A DNA stretch of 61,770 bases from an uncultured Candidatus Saccharibacteria bacterium (GCA_964643545.1 CAZXTE010000005.1:1-61770), one strand, 5' to 3'; positions 1 to 9,021 are shown, counted from the first letter of the stretch. The notes: generated from the letters alone by a model not told the origin. Program-made: numbers and translations.

Positions 1-9
1 GGGGTGCTT

Positions 10-46
10 TACAAAAAAAGAAAGACCTGGTCTAGGAACCAGGTCT
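10..46 (-). terminator. Rho-independent terminator (minus strand)
   Basis: Perfect 9-bp inverted repeat AGACCTGGT / ACCAGGTCT (23-31 and 38-46, 6-nt loop). On the minus strand it is followed by a T-run (complement of the A-rich run at 12-22). It lies about 140 nt downstream of the 184..867 CDS. Confidence 0.55.
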
Positions 47-183
47 ACCTCTGTTACAAAATTTCTGGCTCCCCCTGCACAACTCAATCAGCAACCTATC
101 TTTACAGTATAACGTGGACGGAAATTACCTTAAAGATTTGGCTGATAGAATTGGATTGCACCGTCCGATGCTGCTCAATTCGA

Positions 184-867
184 CTAGCTAATTCTGGCAC
201 TCGGTGCCCCAGCAACCAAGCCACCAACAGCAACCTTTTCCTTACCCGCTGCACGTATAAAAGAACCTTGCCCATGTTTTATTAGAAGATTACGTTGGAG
301 TTTGTGGGCTAGAAGCATTGAGCCTGACCCATTGGCTTCTTTCTCAACTATGCCCCAGTCTGGTGCGAATGTTCTTGCTCTAACTTTTCCAACACTAAGA
401 CCACTATCAACCCATGCCCATGCAACAGTATGTTGCTGGATTGTTTCATTTGTAGGTTGCAGTCTATCTACTACTTCTTGATTTTCAAACTGTTTTAAGT
501 TCCAGGGCGGCAAGGTCGATAACTTATCGGTTACAATCCAAGTCAAGTTTTCTTCGTGAAGCACTTCGATACTATTACCTTGGCATGTTATCGAAGTTAT
601 TTGGCTACCCTTCAACTTATCTAGATACCAAGCTGTACCCACTAATGGCGCACCCGCAAAAGGTATTTCATTTTGTAGTGCGAAAATACTCACGTCACAT
701 TTTTCAATATCGTTAATAAAGACTGTTTCGCTGAAACCGAGCTTTTTAGTAATTTCCTGCCTTCGCTTAGTAGATAGCTGTTTTTGTTCATCAACAATAA
801 TACCCGTTGGGCTACCAAAATCACCGTTTTTATCGACAAATACTTTCACGATATTGACATCAATCAT
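184..867 (-). CDS. PhzF-family (DAP-epimerase fold) isomerase-like protein
   Basis: 227 aa. N-terminal VDKNGDFGSPTGIIV and C-terminal EKEANGSGSMLLA resemble the GNPaaV and E(D)PATGSA motifs of PhzF-type proteins. It is shorter than typical family members. Confidence 0.5.
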   Translation of the reverse strand: MIDVNIVKVFVDKNGDFGSPTGIIVDEQKQLSTKRRQEITKKLGFSETVFINDIEKCDVSIFALQNEIPFAGAPLVGTAWYLDKLKGSQITSITCQGNSIEVLHEENLTWIVTDKLSTLPPWNLKQFENQEVVDRLQPTNETIQQHTVAWAWVDSGLSVGKVRARTFAPDWGIVEKEANGSGSMLLAHKLQRNLLIKHGQGSFIRAAGKEKVAVGGLVAGAPSARIS

Positions 868-888
868 GCCAATATAATATCAAACTGA

Positions 889-2364
889 CTATGGCAAAAC
901 TGGGCTTGGCTTAGGTCGCTTTGTAAGTGCAAAAGCCATGATAGTTGATGCGAGTAATGTGAATGTCCCTGCTCCGTCAACCAGGAACTTAACATCTTTG
1001 TTTATGCCAAAGGAGATTGAGCCGAAACCAACCACCAAGGCAGCGGCAATCGAAAACCATAATGCACCCTTTTTAACTCGTTCAGTGGCAAGCCCAACGA
1101 TAACTGGTCCAAACAATGCCAGTTGTGTGATTATAACGATATAGACGAAGTCGAATAGGTTTGCCTCCGTTATACGGAATATTAGCTTTACCCCATAAAT
1201 GGCAATCAATGCAATCAGAATAAGTGAAAGTCGCATCAATAATAGCTTTCGTTTTGGACTGTGAGCAGCCTTGTTCCAAATACTATCCTTTTTTAATTGC
1301 AACAGGTCGGTCAAAAGTGTGAGCGATGAAGCCAAGAGTAATCCATCCAACAAAGACATGATGCACGATATTATGACCACGAACATACCAAAGGTCAGCA
1401 ATGTACCATTACCAGGCAGTAACTGGACTGCTTGAGACAGTACATTATCTGGGGTTATGCTAGCCGAGCTGACTAGTGCCACTCCAATGAGTGTGCCAAG
1501 CAGCCCAATGGTCAAAAATATAGCTAGACTGCTTAATCTCAAATTACGAACTGTGTCTTTGTTCTTTTTCTCGCCACCAGCAATAATACTTTGCCAAGAC
1601 GAATTGTCTACAAACTGCCACGATACGTTAAAGACAATATTCGTAATCAGTCCCCAAACCCCAAGGTTTTCAGCCATTGTTTTGAATGAAGGAAACATAG
1701 CTGTCATGAAACTGTTGTTGCCAACCCAAAAGAAGTGCCTTAATAGCAACACTGTAAGCAAGCCAATAAACACTACTTTCAAACCATTCAAAAGCTTGTC
1801 TACTATGGCATTGCCCCGCAAGCCACCTAAAATTGTATAAGTCAATGTTCCGAGTACGACGCCACCAATTAGCAAACTAACTGGCGAAAAACTAGTTGCT
1901 GTTTGGTTGCTTGACTCAAGAAATAGCTTAAATGCTCCTTCGCCGATGGCTACCTCCCAGCCCATTAAGTACATTAACCCTACCAACGAACAGAGTGCAG
2001 CTAGTATCTTGGTTGCTACGCCAAACCTCTTGCCCAGAAAATCGTGCAAGCTATTACCCGACCTCAACTTTTTGGCATATGGCGTTAGTAGTAAAAAGCT
2101 GACTGCCCATGCTGCCTGAATAACCAATCCCCAAACTCCTACTGTATACCCTAGCCAAATGGCGTAGAACAACGCATTAATTCCAAATGATGAAGATAGC
2201 AGAAGGTTTATGACAGATGTCCTGTCGAGCGTCCTACCACCGAGCAGGAAGTCTTCAACGCTTTGCACTCTTTTCTGCTTGGCACGAGCAATTCGATATA
2301 CAACTAATGCAATCGTGCTGCCACATGTAATAGCAAAGGCAGTTACTGCCAGATTGAGGTTCAT
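889..2364 (-). CDS. Sodium:solute symporter family-like membrane transporter
   Basis: 491 aa, hydrophobic throughout with 12 or more putative helices. N-terminal EDFLLGGRTL resembles the (Y/F)FLAGR motif of SSS-family transporters. Confidence 0.6.
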   Translation of the reverse strand: MNLNLAVTAFAITCGSTIALVVYRIARAKQKRVQSVEDFLLGGRTLDRTSVINLLLSSSFGINALFYAIWLGYTVGVWGLVIQAAWAVSFLLLTPYAKKLRSGNSLHDFLGKRFGVATKILAALCSLVGLMYLMGWEVAIGEGAFKLFLESSNQTATSFSPVSLLIGGVVLGTLTYTILGGLRGNAIVDKLLNGLKVVFIGLLTVLLLRHFFWVGNNSFMTAMFPSFKTMAENLGVWGLITNIVFNVSWQFVDNSSWQSIIAGGEKKNKDTVRNLRLSSLAIFLTIGLLGTLIGVALVSSASITPDNVLSQAVQLLPGNGTLLTFGMFVVIISCIMSLLDGLLLASSLTLLTDLLQLKKDSIWNKAAHSPKRKLLLMRLSLILIALIAIYGVKLIFRITEANLFDFVYIVIITQLALFGPVIVGLATERVKKGALWFSIAAALVVGFGSISFGINKDVKFLVDGAGTFTLLASTIMAFALTKRPKPSPVLP

Positions 2365-2419
2365 ACTAAAACATTACATAATAGTATTAGTTTTAACCAA
2401 ATTGTGTTAAAATGAATTT

Positions 2420-3145
2420 ATGTCATTGTCATATATTCAAGCAGTGCCTAAGCAATCAACCCACGTATATAAAGTATTGTCAGCCAATGGCGACTTGTCT
2501 GCAAAACAGATAGCCGAGAAGGCTAACATACTACCCAACGCTGTGTATCGTGCAATGAAGCCACTCATTGAGTTGGGTATGGTTGAAGAGTTGGCTACAT
2601 ATCCTGTAACTTACCGAGCAAGTTCAATATCGGATGCAAGAGACTGGTATTTACGAGCTGCCTTACAGAGTTTTCGGAAAGATTTTGGTGTTGCTTCTAG
2701 TATCTCCCCTAAAAATCAGCCGACAATAACTTTTGTTAAAGACAGGGACATGATGCGAATTGTTACCGAACAAGAAGCCCAGAAAGCCAAGAAAGAAATT
2801 AATTGTATATTGTCAGGGCATAGAGTAGCAGACAGTACCATTTCGGTTTACAGAAAAGCGGTCACTCGTGGCGTTACCTTCCAGGCAATTATAGAAAACG
2901 ACCCAGCCTCGCCAGATGTTGACCTTCAAGCTTTTGAGATTATGGGCGCCAATGTAAAGTTTTTGCCAAATATTGGTATGCGTTTGTTCATCTTCGATAA
3001 AAAAACTGCGGTAATTACGTCTTATGACCCAGAAGTTCCAAAGCAAGCATTTGGAATTAAGTTTACATACTCGCCAGTAGCAAAGCAGTTAGACCAGCTT
3101 TTTGAGCAGCGATGGCAACAAGCAAAGTCTATAAGTAAAAACTAA
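2420..3145 (+). CDS. TrmB/MarR-like winged-helix transcriptional regulator
   Basis: 241 aa. N-terminal wHTH-like segment LSAKQIAEKANILPNAVYRAMKPLIELGMVEE, followed by a roughly 150-aa C-terminal domain as in TrmB-type regulators. TGTTAAAAT, a -10-like element, lies upstream. Confidence 0.45.
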   Translation: MSLSYIQAVPKQSTHVYKVLSANGDLSAKQIAEKANILPNAVYRAMKPLIELGMVEELATYPVTYRASSISDARDWYLRAALQSFRKDFGVASSISPKNQPTITFVKDRDMMRIVTEQEAQKAKKEINCILSGHRVADSTISVYRKAVTRGVTFQAIIENDPASPDVDLQAFEIMGANVKFLPNIGMRLFIFDKKTAVITSYDPEVPKQAFGIKFTYSPVAKQLDQLFEQRWQQAKSISKN

Positions 3146-3180
3146 AGACCCTTAAATAACTGCTCGAGAGAAATATTTAG

Positions 3181-3540
3181 GGACTTTGCGATTTTATAAA
3201 GTGTAGAATTACTCAGACAGAATATGACCAAAAGCGAGCCAAGTGGCGTTCACAGCAGAAGCTTCATGAACGAAAGCTATCAAGGCTCACGGAAGTCGAT
3301 GAACAGTTTTACGTTACCATTGCCTATCTGTTAGAAATTGCGACCCGTGGTAGCGAGCTATTTTTAGCCGCTGAACCAAATGAAAAACGAGAGTTGATTG
3401 GTTTGCTTGGTCAGAACCTGCTTTTGGACGGTAAATCCGTGCAGATAACACTTTACAAACCCTTCGACACTCTCGCTTCATGTTTTGATAGTAATCTATG
3501 GCTCCGGGGAAAGGATTCGAACCTTCGACCTAGTGGTTAA
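3181..3540 (+). pseudogene. Start-less 3' remnant of a large serine recombinase gene, ending inside the complement of tRNA-Asn
   Basis: The frame is open from 3181 (preceded by in-frame stops at 3136, 3157 and 3178) to TAA at 3538-3540, with no in-frame ATG. Translation: ...EYDQKRAKWRSQQKLHERKLSRLTEVDEQFYVTIAYLLEIATRGSELFLAAEPNEKRELIGLLGQNLLLDGKSVQITLYKPFDTLASCFDSNLWLRGKDSNLRPSG*. It resembles the helical C-terminal tail of large serine recombinases. The catalytic, recombinase and Zn-ribbon domains are absent. Confidence 0.6.
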
Positions 3541-3573
3541 CAGCCACCCGCTCTACCGCTGAGCTACCCCGGA
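3499..3573 (-). tRNA. tRNA-Asn (anticodon GTT), CCA encoded
   Basis: The reverse complement reads TCCGGGG-TA-GCTC-AGCGGTA-GAGC-G-GGTGG-CTGTTAA-CCACT-AGGTC-GAAGG-TTCGAAT-CCTTT-CCCCGGA-G-CCA. It has a 7-bp acceptor stem, a 4-bp D stem, a 5-bp anticodon stem, a TTCGAAT T-loop and anticodon GTT. Confidence 0.95.
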
Positions 3574-3619
3574 ATATAAATGGAAGGTACCTACTTTTAA
3601 TGCGAAAAGTAACTGATGG

Positions 3620-3648
3620 ATTATAGCTTACTCTCTGTTGAGTAGCAA
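3620..3648 (-). promoter_or_regulatory. Sigma-70-type promoter upstream of tRNA-Asn
   Basis: Minus strand reads TTGCTA (3648-3643), a 17-nt spacer, then TATAAT (3625-3620), about 45 nt upstream of the tRNA 5' end. Confidence 0.55.
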
Positions 3649-3650
3649 TA

Positions 3651-4163
3651 TCAGCGCAAGAACAAATCATGCCAATGCTGGACGGCGCTCGGTACATACT
3701 GCTCGGGGTGTAGACGCAGATCGTTTTTAAGCCAATCCTTGCCAACCCACTTTACTTGAGCAACAGCGTCTTCGAGCGTAAATTGCTCAGGTACTTCATC
3801 GAGAATCCCTATAAAGGAGTATGCAAAACGTCGTGTGCCGTCGAAGTAGTCTACGGGAGTTTTGTTATGAAGGTGCAACGTAACACCAGTGAGGCCAATC
3901 TCTTCCTCGAGCTCCTTATACGCGTTCTGCTCATACGTTTCACCTTTTGCTACCCCGCCTGCTGCTGCCGGCCCCCACAGACCAGGATGTAGCCGTTTGC
4001 TCTTTGAGCGTTGTGCGATAAGCACATTGCCGTGTTTATCTTCGATCCATACAGTCGTTACACGTATGCGGTCGGTCGGTTTTAGTTTGCCACGCTGCAC
4101 GTATCGTAGCACTCGATCACTTTTATCAACGACAATACTAAGTTCTTCGTCACTATTGATCAT
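3651..4163 (-). CDS. Nudix hydrolase
   Basis: 170 aa. Nudix box GGVAKGETYEQNAYKELEEEIGL matches GX5EX7(R/K)EUXEEXGU. It overlaps the smpB stop by 4 nt (ATGA). Confidence 0.85.
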   Translation of the reverse strand: MINSDEELSIVVDKSDRVLRYVQRGKLKPTDRIRVTTVWIEDKHGNVLIAQRSKSKRLHPGLWGPAAAGGVAKGETYEQNAYKELEEEIGLTGVTLHLHNKTPVDYFDGTRRFAYSFIGILDEVPEQFTLEDAVAQVKWVGKDWLKNDLRLHPEQYVPSAVQHWHDLFLR

Positions 4164-4630
4164 GTACGGACGCGATCCTTGATCATTGCGCGCGCCTGTC
4201 GGGTTTCGTCGCGTGCTTTTAGGGTTTGTCGTTTGTCGTACAGCTTTTTACCTCGTCCGGTTGCAATGCGCAACTTGATGTATCGCCCTCCCGTTAACAA
4301 CTCAGTAGGCACAATTGTTTTTCCCTGCTGTTTTTCCTCGATCAGCTTATCAATCTCGCGTCGTTTTGCGAGGAGTTTTCTGCTTCTGGTTTGCTCGCTT
4401 TCCTCGAGGGGTACACCGGGCAAACCGGAGATGGTTGCGTTAATCAGCCAGAGCTCATTTTCCTTAACGGTTACATACGAACCGCGCAATTGCCCATACC
4501 CATGCCGGAGCGCCTTTGTCTCGCGACCCGTAAGTTGGATGCCAACAAGCAAAGACTCGTCGAGCGAGTAGTCATGACGAGCACGTCGGTTAGAAATGGT
4601 CTTTGGCTGGGCAGCCTTTTTCTTTGCCAT
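4160..4630 (-). CDS. smpB: SsrA-binding protein SmpB
   Basis: 156 aa. It contains ISNRRARHDYSL..., ...LTGRETKALR..., a basic C-terminal tail GKKLYDKRQTLKARD, and has the typical SmpB length. Confidence 0.9.
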   Translation of the reverse strand: MAKKKAAQPKTISNRRARHDYSLDESLLVGIQLTGRETKALRHGYGQLRGSYVTVKENELWLINATISGLPGVPLEESEQTRSRKLLAKRREIDKLIEEKQQGKTIVPTELLTGGRYIKLRIATGRGKKLYDKRQTLKARDETRQARAMIKDRVRT

Positions 4631-4675
4631 AACTATATTGTATCTGACTCGCTCTCTACGGAGAAGCCTGCGTAG

Positions 4676-5869
4676 TTAATAGCAGCTTGAACACTGCTGC
4701 TCGCGAATGGAATCTTTGGCGGCATTCCACAGGCTAGCATCGCCCTTATGTACCTTTCTCCAGTACCACATCTCGGCTCCCCACAGATCTACTTCTTTCA
4801 TTCCCGTTGCTTTCCCATAGCTAAAGCGATGTTTAAGACGCTTGGCATCGAGTGACTTATTTTGCTCTTCGATGGTCGCGTCTTTGATACCGCCACTTGG
4901 TGTCCAGGGCTCCGCCTGCAGCTCGTGGATGATCATATTTTTGCCCGTTATTAGCTCGCCTGCCCCCGCCAAAAACGCATAGAACCAGGCGGGATACGGA
5001 TACTCTACGTAACGGTGTGTGATGGTCTTGTCCCACACTCGTTTATAAACCGAAATACCGAATTTATCGGGAGTGGGCTTGCCGACCGGTAATCCAACCC
5101 AGTTGTTGCTGCGGCTAATGATAACGGTATGATTTGGGTCTTGCTGCTTGACGAACTGGAACTCATCTATAAGACGATCCCGGCTAAAGTCGGTGCACTT
5201 ACCAAAGACGGACAAGAAAAATTCGTTCTCGAGCTGATAGCTTTCTAGAACAGGACTCGTTTTATAGCGGTCAATAACATTTGCCATGAACGTTTTTAGC
5301 TGCGGATACCAAACATCTTTGGGTTGTTCTTTCGCCCACGACGGCATGTGGCATTCTGGCCAACGAGGTTGGCGCAACCCGATTGCTAAACTGACCGTGC
5401 CGCCTACGGCTTCCACTTTTTTCATCTGCCAGTCGAGTTCTGAAAAGTCGTATGTACCTGGTGTTTTTTCGATGTCATCCCAGTAACTAACCAAACGGAA
5501 ATGGCGCAGATTAAGGTCGCTTATCATGGCTTGCATGGTTGCTTGCGGATCAAGGCCATAGTAACGAGCGTAGCGTGGAATAAATGTAGCGCCATACTTG
5601 AGCGGTTCATGGCTATGTTTGGCGATATACCAGCGCGCAATTCCGTACATTGACCCAACCATCAGCAGCACCCCGGTTATTACAAATACACCAAGCTTCT
5701 GCCAAATGGTTCGATCTTTCCACCAATAACGCGGCTTTTCTATGCGGACGTGACGCAGTAACCGACTGCGCAGGCGTTGTTCGTCTGCCCCGTAGTGCTT
5801 ACGGAATAAGCTGCGTTCTTTTTGCAGCTCGAGGTTCTTTAAAAGTTTGCGGTTTTTTTTGTCTTTCAT
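4676..5869 (-). CDS. Membrane-anchored clan GH-A (TIM-barrel) glycoside hydrolase-like protein
   Basis: 397 aa with an N-terminal TM anchor (WQKLGVFVITGVLLMVGSMYGIA). WDDIEKTPGTYDFSELD is followed by candidate acid/base YQLENEF and candidate nucleophile IHELQAEPW, as in GH5/GH42-like enzymes. Confidence 0.45.
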   Translation of the reverse strand: MKDKKNRKLLKNLELQKERSLFRKHYGADEQRLRSRLLRHVRIEKPRYWWKDRTIWQKLGVFVITGVLLMVGSMYGIARWYIAKHSHEPLKYGATFIPRYARYYGLDPQATMQAMISDLNLRHFRLVSYWDDIEKTPGTYDFSELDWQMKKVEAVGGTVSLAIGLRQPRWPECHMPSWAKEQPKDVWYPQLKTFMANVIDRYKTSPVLESYQLENEFFLSVFGKCTDFSRDRLIDEFQFVKQQDPNHTVIISRSNNWVGLPVGKPTPDKFGISVYKRVWDKTITHRYVEYPYPAWFYAFLAGAGELITGKNMIIHELQAEPWTPSGGIKDATIEEQNKSLDAKRLKHRFSYGKATGMKEVDLWGAEMWYWRKVHKGDASLWNAAKDSIREQQCSSCY

Positions 5870-5893
5870 CTGCTACTATCTAGCTATCACCTT

Positions 5894-6754
5894 ATGAAAA
5901 AAGCATTAACATTATCGATTATTATACCGGTTTATAACGAAGAGCACCACCTGCCCGCATGTTTAAAGGCCATTGCCAAGCAGACAGTTAAGCCGAGTGA
6001 GGTTATTGTTGTTGATAACAACTCGACAGATAAAAGTGTAGAAATCGCCAAGCAGTACCCGTTTGTGCGTGTTATCCGTGAGTCAATACAGGGTAGAGGT
6101 GCCGCCAGGAATGCCGGCTTTGATGCGGCGAGAACGGATATAGTAGGGCGTATTGACGCTGATAGTCTTATTGCGCCAGATTGGGTTGAGCGCGCGTTGC
6201 GTGATTTTGAGCAAGATTCAGCGATTGTTGGCTTAACCGGGTTGGGCATCACGGCGAGTCTGCCGCGTTATCGTCAGTTTCATACGGTTCTCTGGACATG
6301 GCTCTATTTCCAATGGAGTGCAGCGCTTTTTGGTGTAACCGTGTTATGGGGCGCAAACATGGCTATTCGACGCAAAGCGTGGGCTGACGTCAAGGACAAA
6401 ACCTATCTGGACGACAGGTTAATACATGAAGATCACGACCTGTCCCTCCTGCTCTCAGCTAGGGGCTATAAAGTAGTGCGGGACAACCTTCTGCGTATTC
6501 AGACAAACGAACAGTCGTACCATTATTTCCCGAAACTAGTTCGGTACACCTGGATGCGCACCACAACGAAACATCACCACAGGGACATCGGTTCGTTTAA
6601 AACGATTCATAGGCAATTTAGCCTATTGCGTCGAGCACTTACCTACCTTGCACTTACTGTCCCCGCGGTTCCATTTTATACGGTTAGTTTTTTGCTGTGG
6701 CCGCTGGATGGGTTGATGAAAATTGCGGGGCGTGCAAAGGCCTGGCTAAGCTGA
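5894..6754 (+). CDS. Family 2 glycosyltransferase
   Basis: 286 aa. LSIIIPVYNEE...VIVVDNNSTDKS and RIDADS (a DxD-like motif) are typical of the GT2 N-terminal domain. Confidence 0.8.
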   Translation: MKKALTLSIIIPVYNEEHHLPACLKAIAKQTVKPSEVIVVDNNSTDKSVEIAKQYPFVRVIRESIQGRGAARNAGFDAARTDIVGRIDADSLIAPDWVERALRDFEQDSAIVGLTGLGITASLPRYRQFHTVLWTWLYFQWSAALFGVTVLWGANMAIRRKAWADVKDKTYLDDRLIHEDHDLSLLLSARGYKVVRDNLLRIQTNEQSYHYFPKLVRYTWMRTTTKHHHRDIGSFKTIHRQFSLLRRALTYLALTVPAVPFYTVSFLLWPLDGLMKIAGRAKAWLS

Positions 6755-6757
6755 TAG

Positions 6758-7333
6758 CTAGTTTGTATCGCTCGATGTGTAACCACCGTATTTATTGAGT
6801 TCGGGCTGGCAGGAGCCCCATAGACCAAGCTTCTTGGCTTGTGCCTCTGTCTGGTAATTCTTAAACTCCTCCAATTTCTCAAACGGGAAGCTCGTATAGG
6901 CAAAACCATAGCCTTGTTTGATGATCTCTGCATTCACCAACCGCCCATCGGGCAAATATACATAACGCAGCAAGCGACTATAACGATCTCGATTTGTATT
7001 CTGAGGGTCAGCTTCCAGGCGCACCTTGTTCGTGCCGAGGATTGTTTTTGTAAAGGTTGCAGCGGCCAACCCAAAACATTGCACTGCCTTTCGTGGGTCA
7101 TGTGTTTCGGGTGTATCCACACCAATGAATCTCACTTTTTCTTTTGTGCCATCCATGTTGACGGTGATTGTGTCGCCATCAGTGAACTCGACAACACTAT
7201 AAAGACCCGGTTGGTTTTTCTCTGCAAGCGTCGCAATTGGCGCAACAATATTGTGTTGCTGCAAAGCCCCAATGGCTAAACCAATCAGCCCCAACCCAAG
7301 GGTTATCAGCTGCTTACGATTTCGTCGACTCAT
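6758..7333 (-). CDS. Secreted/anchored thermonuclease (SNase-like)
   Basis: 191 aa with an N-terminal signal/anchor. DGDTITV...RFIGVDTPE...RDRYSRLLRYVYL...N..II.QGY are staphylococcal-nuclease motifs. Confidence 0.85.
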   Translation of the reverse strand: MSRRNRKQLITLGLGLIGLAIGALQQHNIVAPIATLAEKNQPGLYSVVEFTDGDTITVNMDGTKEKVRFIGVDTPETHDPRKAVQCFGLAAATFTKTILGTNKVRLEADPQNTNRDRYSRLLRYVYLPDGRLVNAEIIKQGYGFAYTSFPFEKLEEFKNYQTEAQAKKLGLWGSCQPELNKYGGYTSSDTN

Positions 7334-7850
7334 TATCGAGTCCCAACCGACGAGCTACATACTCGGGTGTTAGCTGTGTCCCATCCAGTTCTACAAATGT
7401 CTCGTGTCGAAGCGGTGGCTCTAGATTGTTGCTAATTCGCTCAAAAACATCCAACGACATGTTGCCTTGGATGCGCGTTTTTTGCAGATGGGCGTTCTGG
7501 ATGGCTCGCTCTTTGGCGATTGGTTTGTGGGTCGTCACCCATACAACTACACAGTCGGCGTTGTGGCTAAAGGCGATGTCGCGCAAACGTTCACGGTCTT
7601 TATAGTAGTTGAAACTGGTATCAAAAATGACACTTTCACCTAGCGATAATAATTGCGCGGTTTCTTGGTTCAGAATGCTATAAATGTCTAGGTTTTCCTC
7701 GTGCGAGTAAGTTGGCTCGCCATAGCGAGTTAGGCGCTCTTTGTCTGTCCACAAATGTACCGCCCCCGTCAGCTCGTGAATAATCTGTGCGGCAGTCGTT
7801 TTGCCCGCTCCAGGGTAGCCGAGCATTAAGTACAAAGTTTGCTTAGACAT
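7314..7850 (-). CDS. P-loop kinase-like ATPase (AAA_33/zeta-toxin-like fold)
   Basis: 178 aa. Walker A is GYPGAGKTT and the Walker B-like segment is SVIFDTS. The size matches small-molecule or polynucleotide kinases. Its 3' end overlaps the start of 6758..7333 by 20 nt. Confidence 0.6.
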   Translation of the reverse strand: MSKQTLYLMLGYPGAGKTTAAQIIHELTGAVHLWTDKERLTRYGEPTYSHEENLDIYSILNQETAQLLSLGESVIFDTSFNYYKDRERLRDIAFSHNADCVVVWVTTHKPIAKERAIQNAHLQKTRIQGNMSLDVFERISNNLEPPLRHETFVELDGTQLTPEYVARRLGLDNESTKS

Positions 7851-7871
7851 ATAGCTATCCTAGCGGTAACT

Positions 7872-7910
7872 TCAAAAAAAGTATACGTCTTTTCGGCAAG
7901 ACGTATACTT
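7872..7910 (-). terminator. Rho-independent terminator (minus strand)
   Basis: Perfect 13-bp stem AAGTATACGTCTT / AAGACGTATACTT (7879-7891 and 7898-7910, 6-nt loop). On the minus strand it is followed by a T7 run (complement of 7874-7880). It overlaps the stop codon of 7909..9021. Confidence 0.75.
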
Positions 7911-9021
7911 ATGCTGCGTGGCGACCTCGTCGTTGAGAAGGTCGCTGCGCTTGTCGTTCATTTTTAAGATTACGAGCGATGGTTAGCGCGCCATGACGTC
8001 CATCCGATGTGTCTATCCGTTCTGTCAAAACATCTATAGGGCAATCCGTAAGTATCCTCAAAATCGCACGATATGGGTTTAGTCCTCGTTCTTCAAATTC
8101 GGTACGCATAGTTTCCCACTCCTCACGAGAACCGTGTTTGGCAATAAGCATTGCAGTTGAATGGATGCGCTTGGCGCTCATAGACCGAATTGGGTTTGGT
8201 TTATCGTATACGGCCTGCATAACTTCTGCGGTCTCTACCCCGAGCATTCTGCATGCGGCACGTACTATTTTTAACTTTTTCTCGGTTAGCTCAGTTTTAT
8301 TTCCGAGCAGTCGAGGTGCCTCCCGGTTAATAGCCTGAATGTCAAACCCCATTGCTTCCAATTCTGCTACGCGACACTCAATAAAGTCAGAATCCATCTC
8401 AAGCAATATGGGGACTTGCCTGAGGGTGTTGTCTAAGTTGCGATCAGCTAAAAAAGATGCGGTTTTTTTTGCACGACCAATATTTTGGACTGCCATGCCT
8501 GCTTCGTTAACTAAAGCCCGCCTGTTTACTCCAAAAGTTGCTAATTCTTCAATGTTGGCTTGAATGGAGTCGACTTTGCTGAACACGAGGCCGGGAGATC
8601 TTCGATATAGCTTTCGTGCATTCCCTCCAAAAGCGGCAACGTATCGGCTGGTTTCTATAAGATTTTCTGGTATTGGCAGATGAATTTTCGCTCTTAAATG
8701 GGCAAACTTCTCAATTTCTTGGTCGCTATAGCCCAAAAATGCTAAAAAGTCATGTCGAGCCGATGCTACCGCTAATTTTTCTTCAGGCGCAAGCGGGGAT
8801 AGATGCTGGTTCCCTAACTTTTCAAGTTGATCTAGATACAGGGCGTCGTCTGGTGTTATGGCTGTAACTCCCCAGGCCTTTAACCAGTCGAGTGCGTCTG
8901 CTTGTAGGGACTCCCCACTAACTATTTGGTCAGTGTCTGGCGGTATCTGAAAATGCTCACCACTATCAAAGTGCACTGCAGCGGGCACAATATCCACGAC
9001 GCCGACACCTAGTTGACTCAT
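7909..9021 (-). CDS. Hypothetical protein with tandem helical repeats reminiscent of mTERF motifs (tentative)
   Basis: 370 aa. Several units of about 30-35 aa follow the pattern ...P.L(L/V)......(I/L)......L...G(F/V)..... One example is RSPGLVFSKVDSIQANIEELATFGVNRR / QVPILLEMDSDFIECRVAELEAMGFDIQ / EAPRLLGNKTELTEKKLKIVRAACRMLGVE. The C-terminus is basic. Confidence 0.45.
   Translation of the reverse strand: MSQLGVGVVDIVPAAVHFDSGEHFQIPPDTDQIVSGESLQADALDWLKAWGVTAITPDDALYLDQLEKLGNQHLSPLAPEEKLAVASARHDFLAFLGYSDQEIEKFAHLRAKIHLPIPENLIETSRYVAAFGGNARKLYRRSPGLVFSKVDSIQANIEELATFGVNRRALVNEAGMAVQNIGRAKKTASFLADRNLDNTLRQVPILLEMDSDFIECRVAELEAMGFDIQAINREAPRLLGNKTELTEKKLKIVRAACRMLGVETAEVMQAVYDKPNPIRSMSAKRIHSTAMLIAKHGSREEWETMRTEFEERGLNPYRAILRILTDCPIDVLTERIDTSDGRHGALTIARNLKNERQAQRPSQRRGRHAA

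Noticed and set aside
60-200. Possible tRNA-like segment (tggctccccctgc... and ...caattcgac...) in the first 200 nt.
   Set aside because: I could not fold an acceptor stem, a T stem or a GTTCGAAT-type T-loop from either strand. The resemblance is limited to a few bases.
4-285. Plus-strand ORF 4..285, plus many antisense or alternative-frame ORFs in the track (for example 11215..11589, 12315..12555, 14379..14736, 21419..21736, 52533..52769 and 39789..40361).
   Set aside because: They lie entirely within, or opposite to, much longer ORFs that carry clear family motifs (atp genes, the giant kinase, the ATPase). Their translations are low-complexity or Ser/Arg/Cys-rich, typical of shadow frames. 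No independent support exists.
4631-4675. Possible leaderless promoter for smpB: TACAAT at 4642-4637 on the minus strand, 6 nt before the ATG.
   Set aside because: The -35 candidate (TTCTCC) is poor, and the upstream glycoside-hydrolase gene ends only 45 nt away, so co-transcription is an equally good explanation. It is therefore not reported as a feature.
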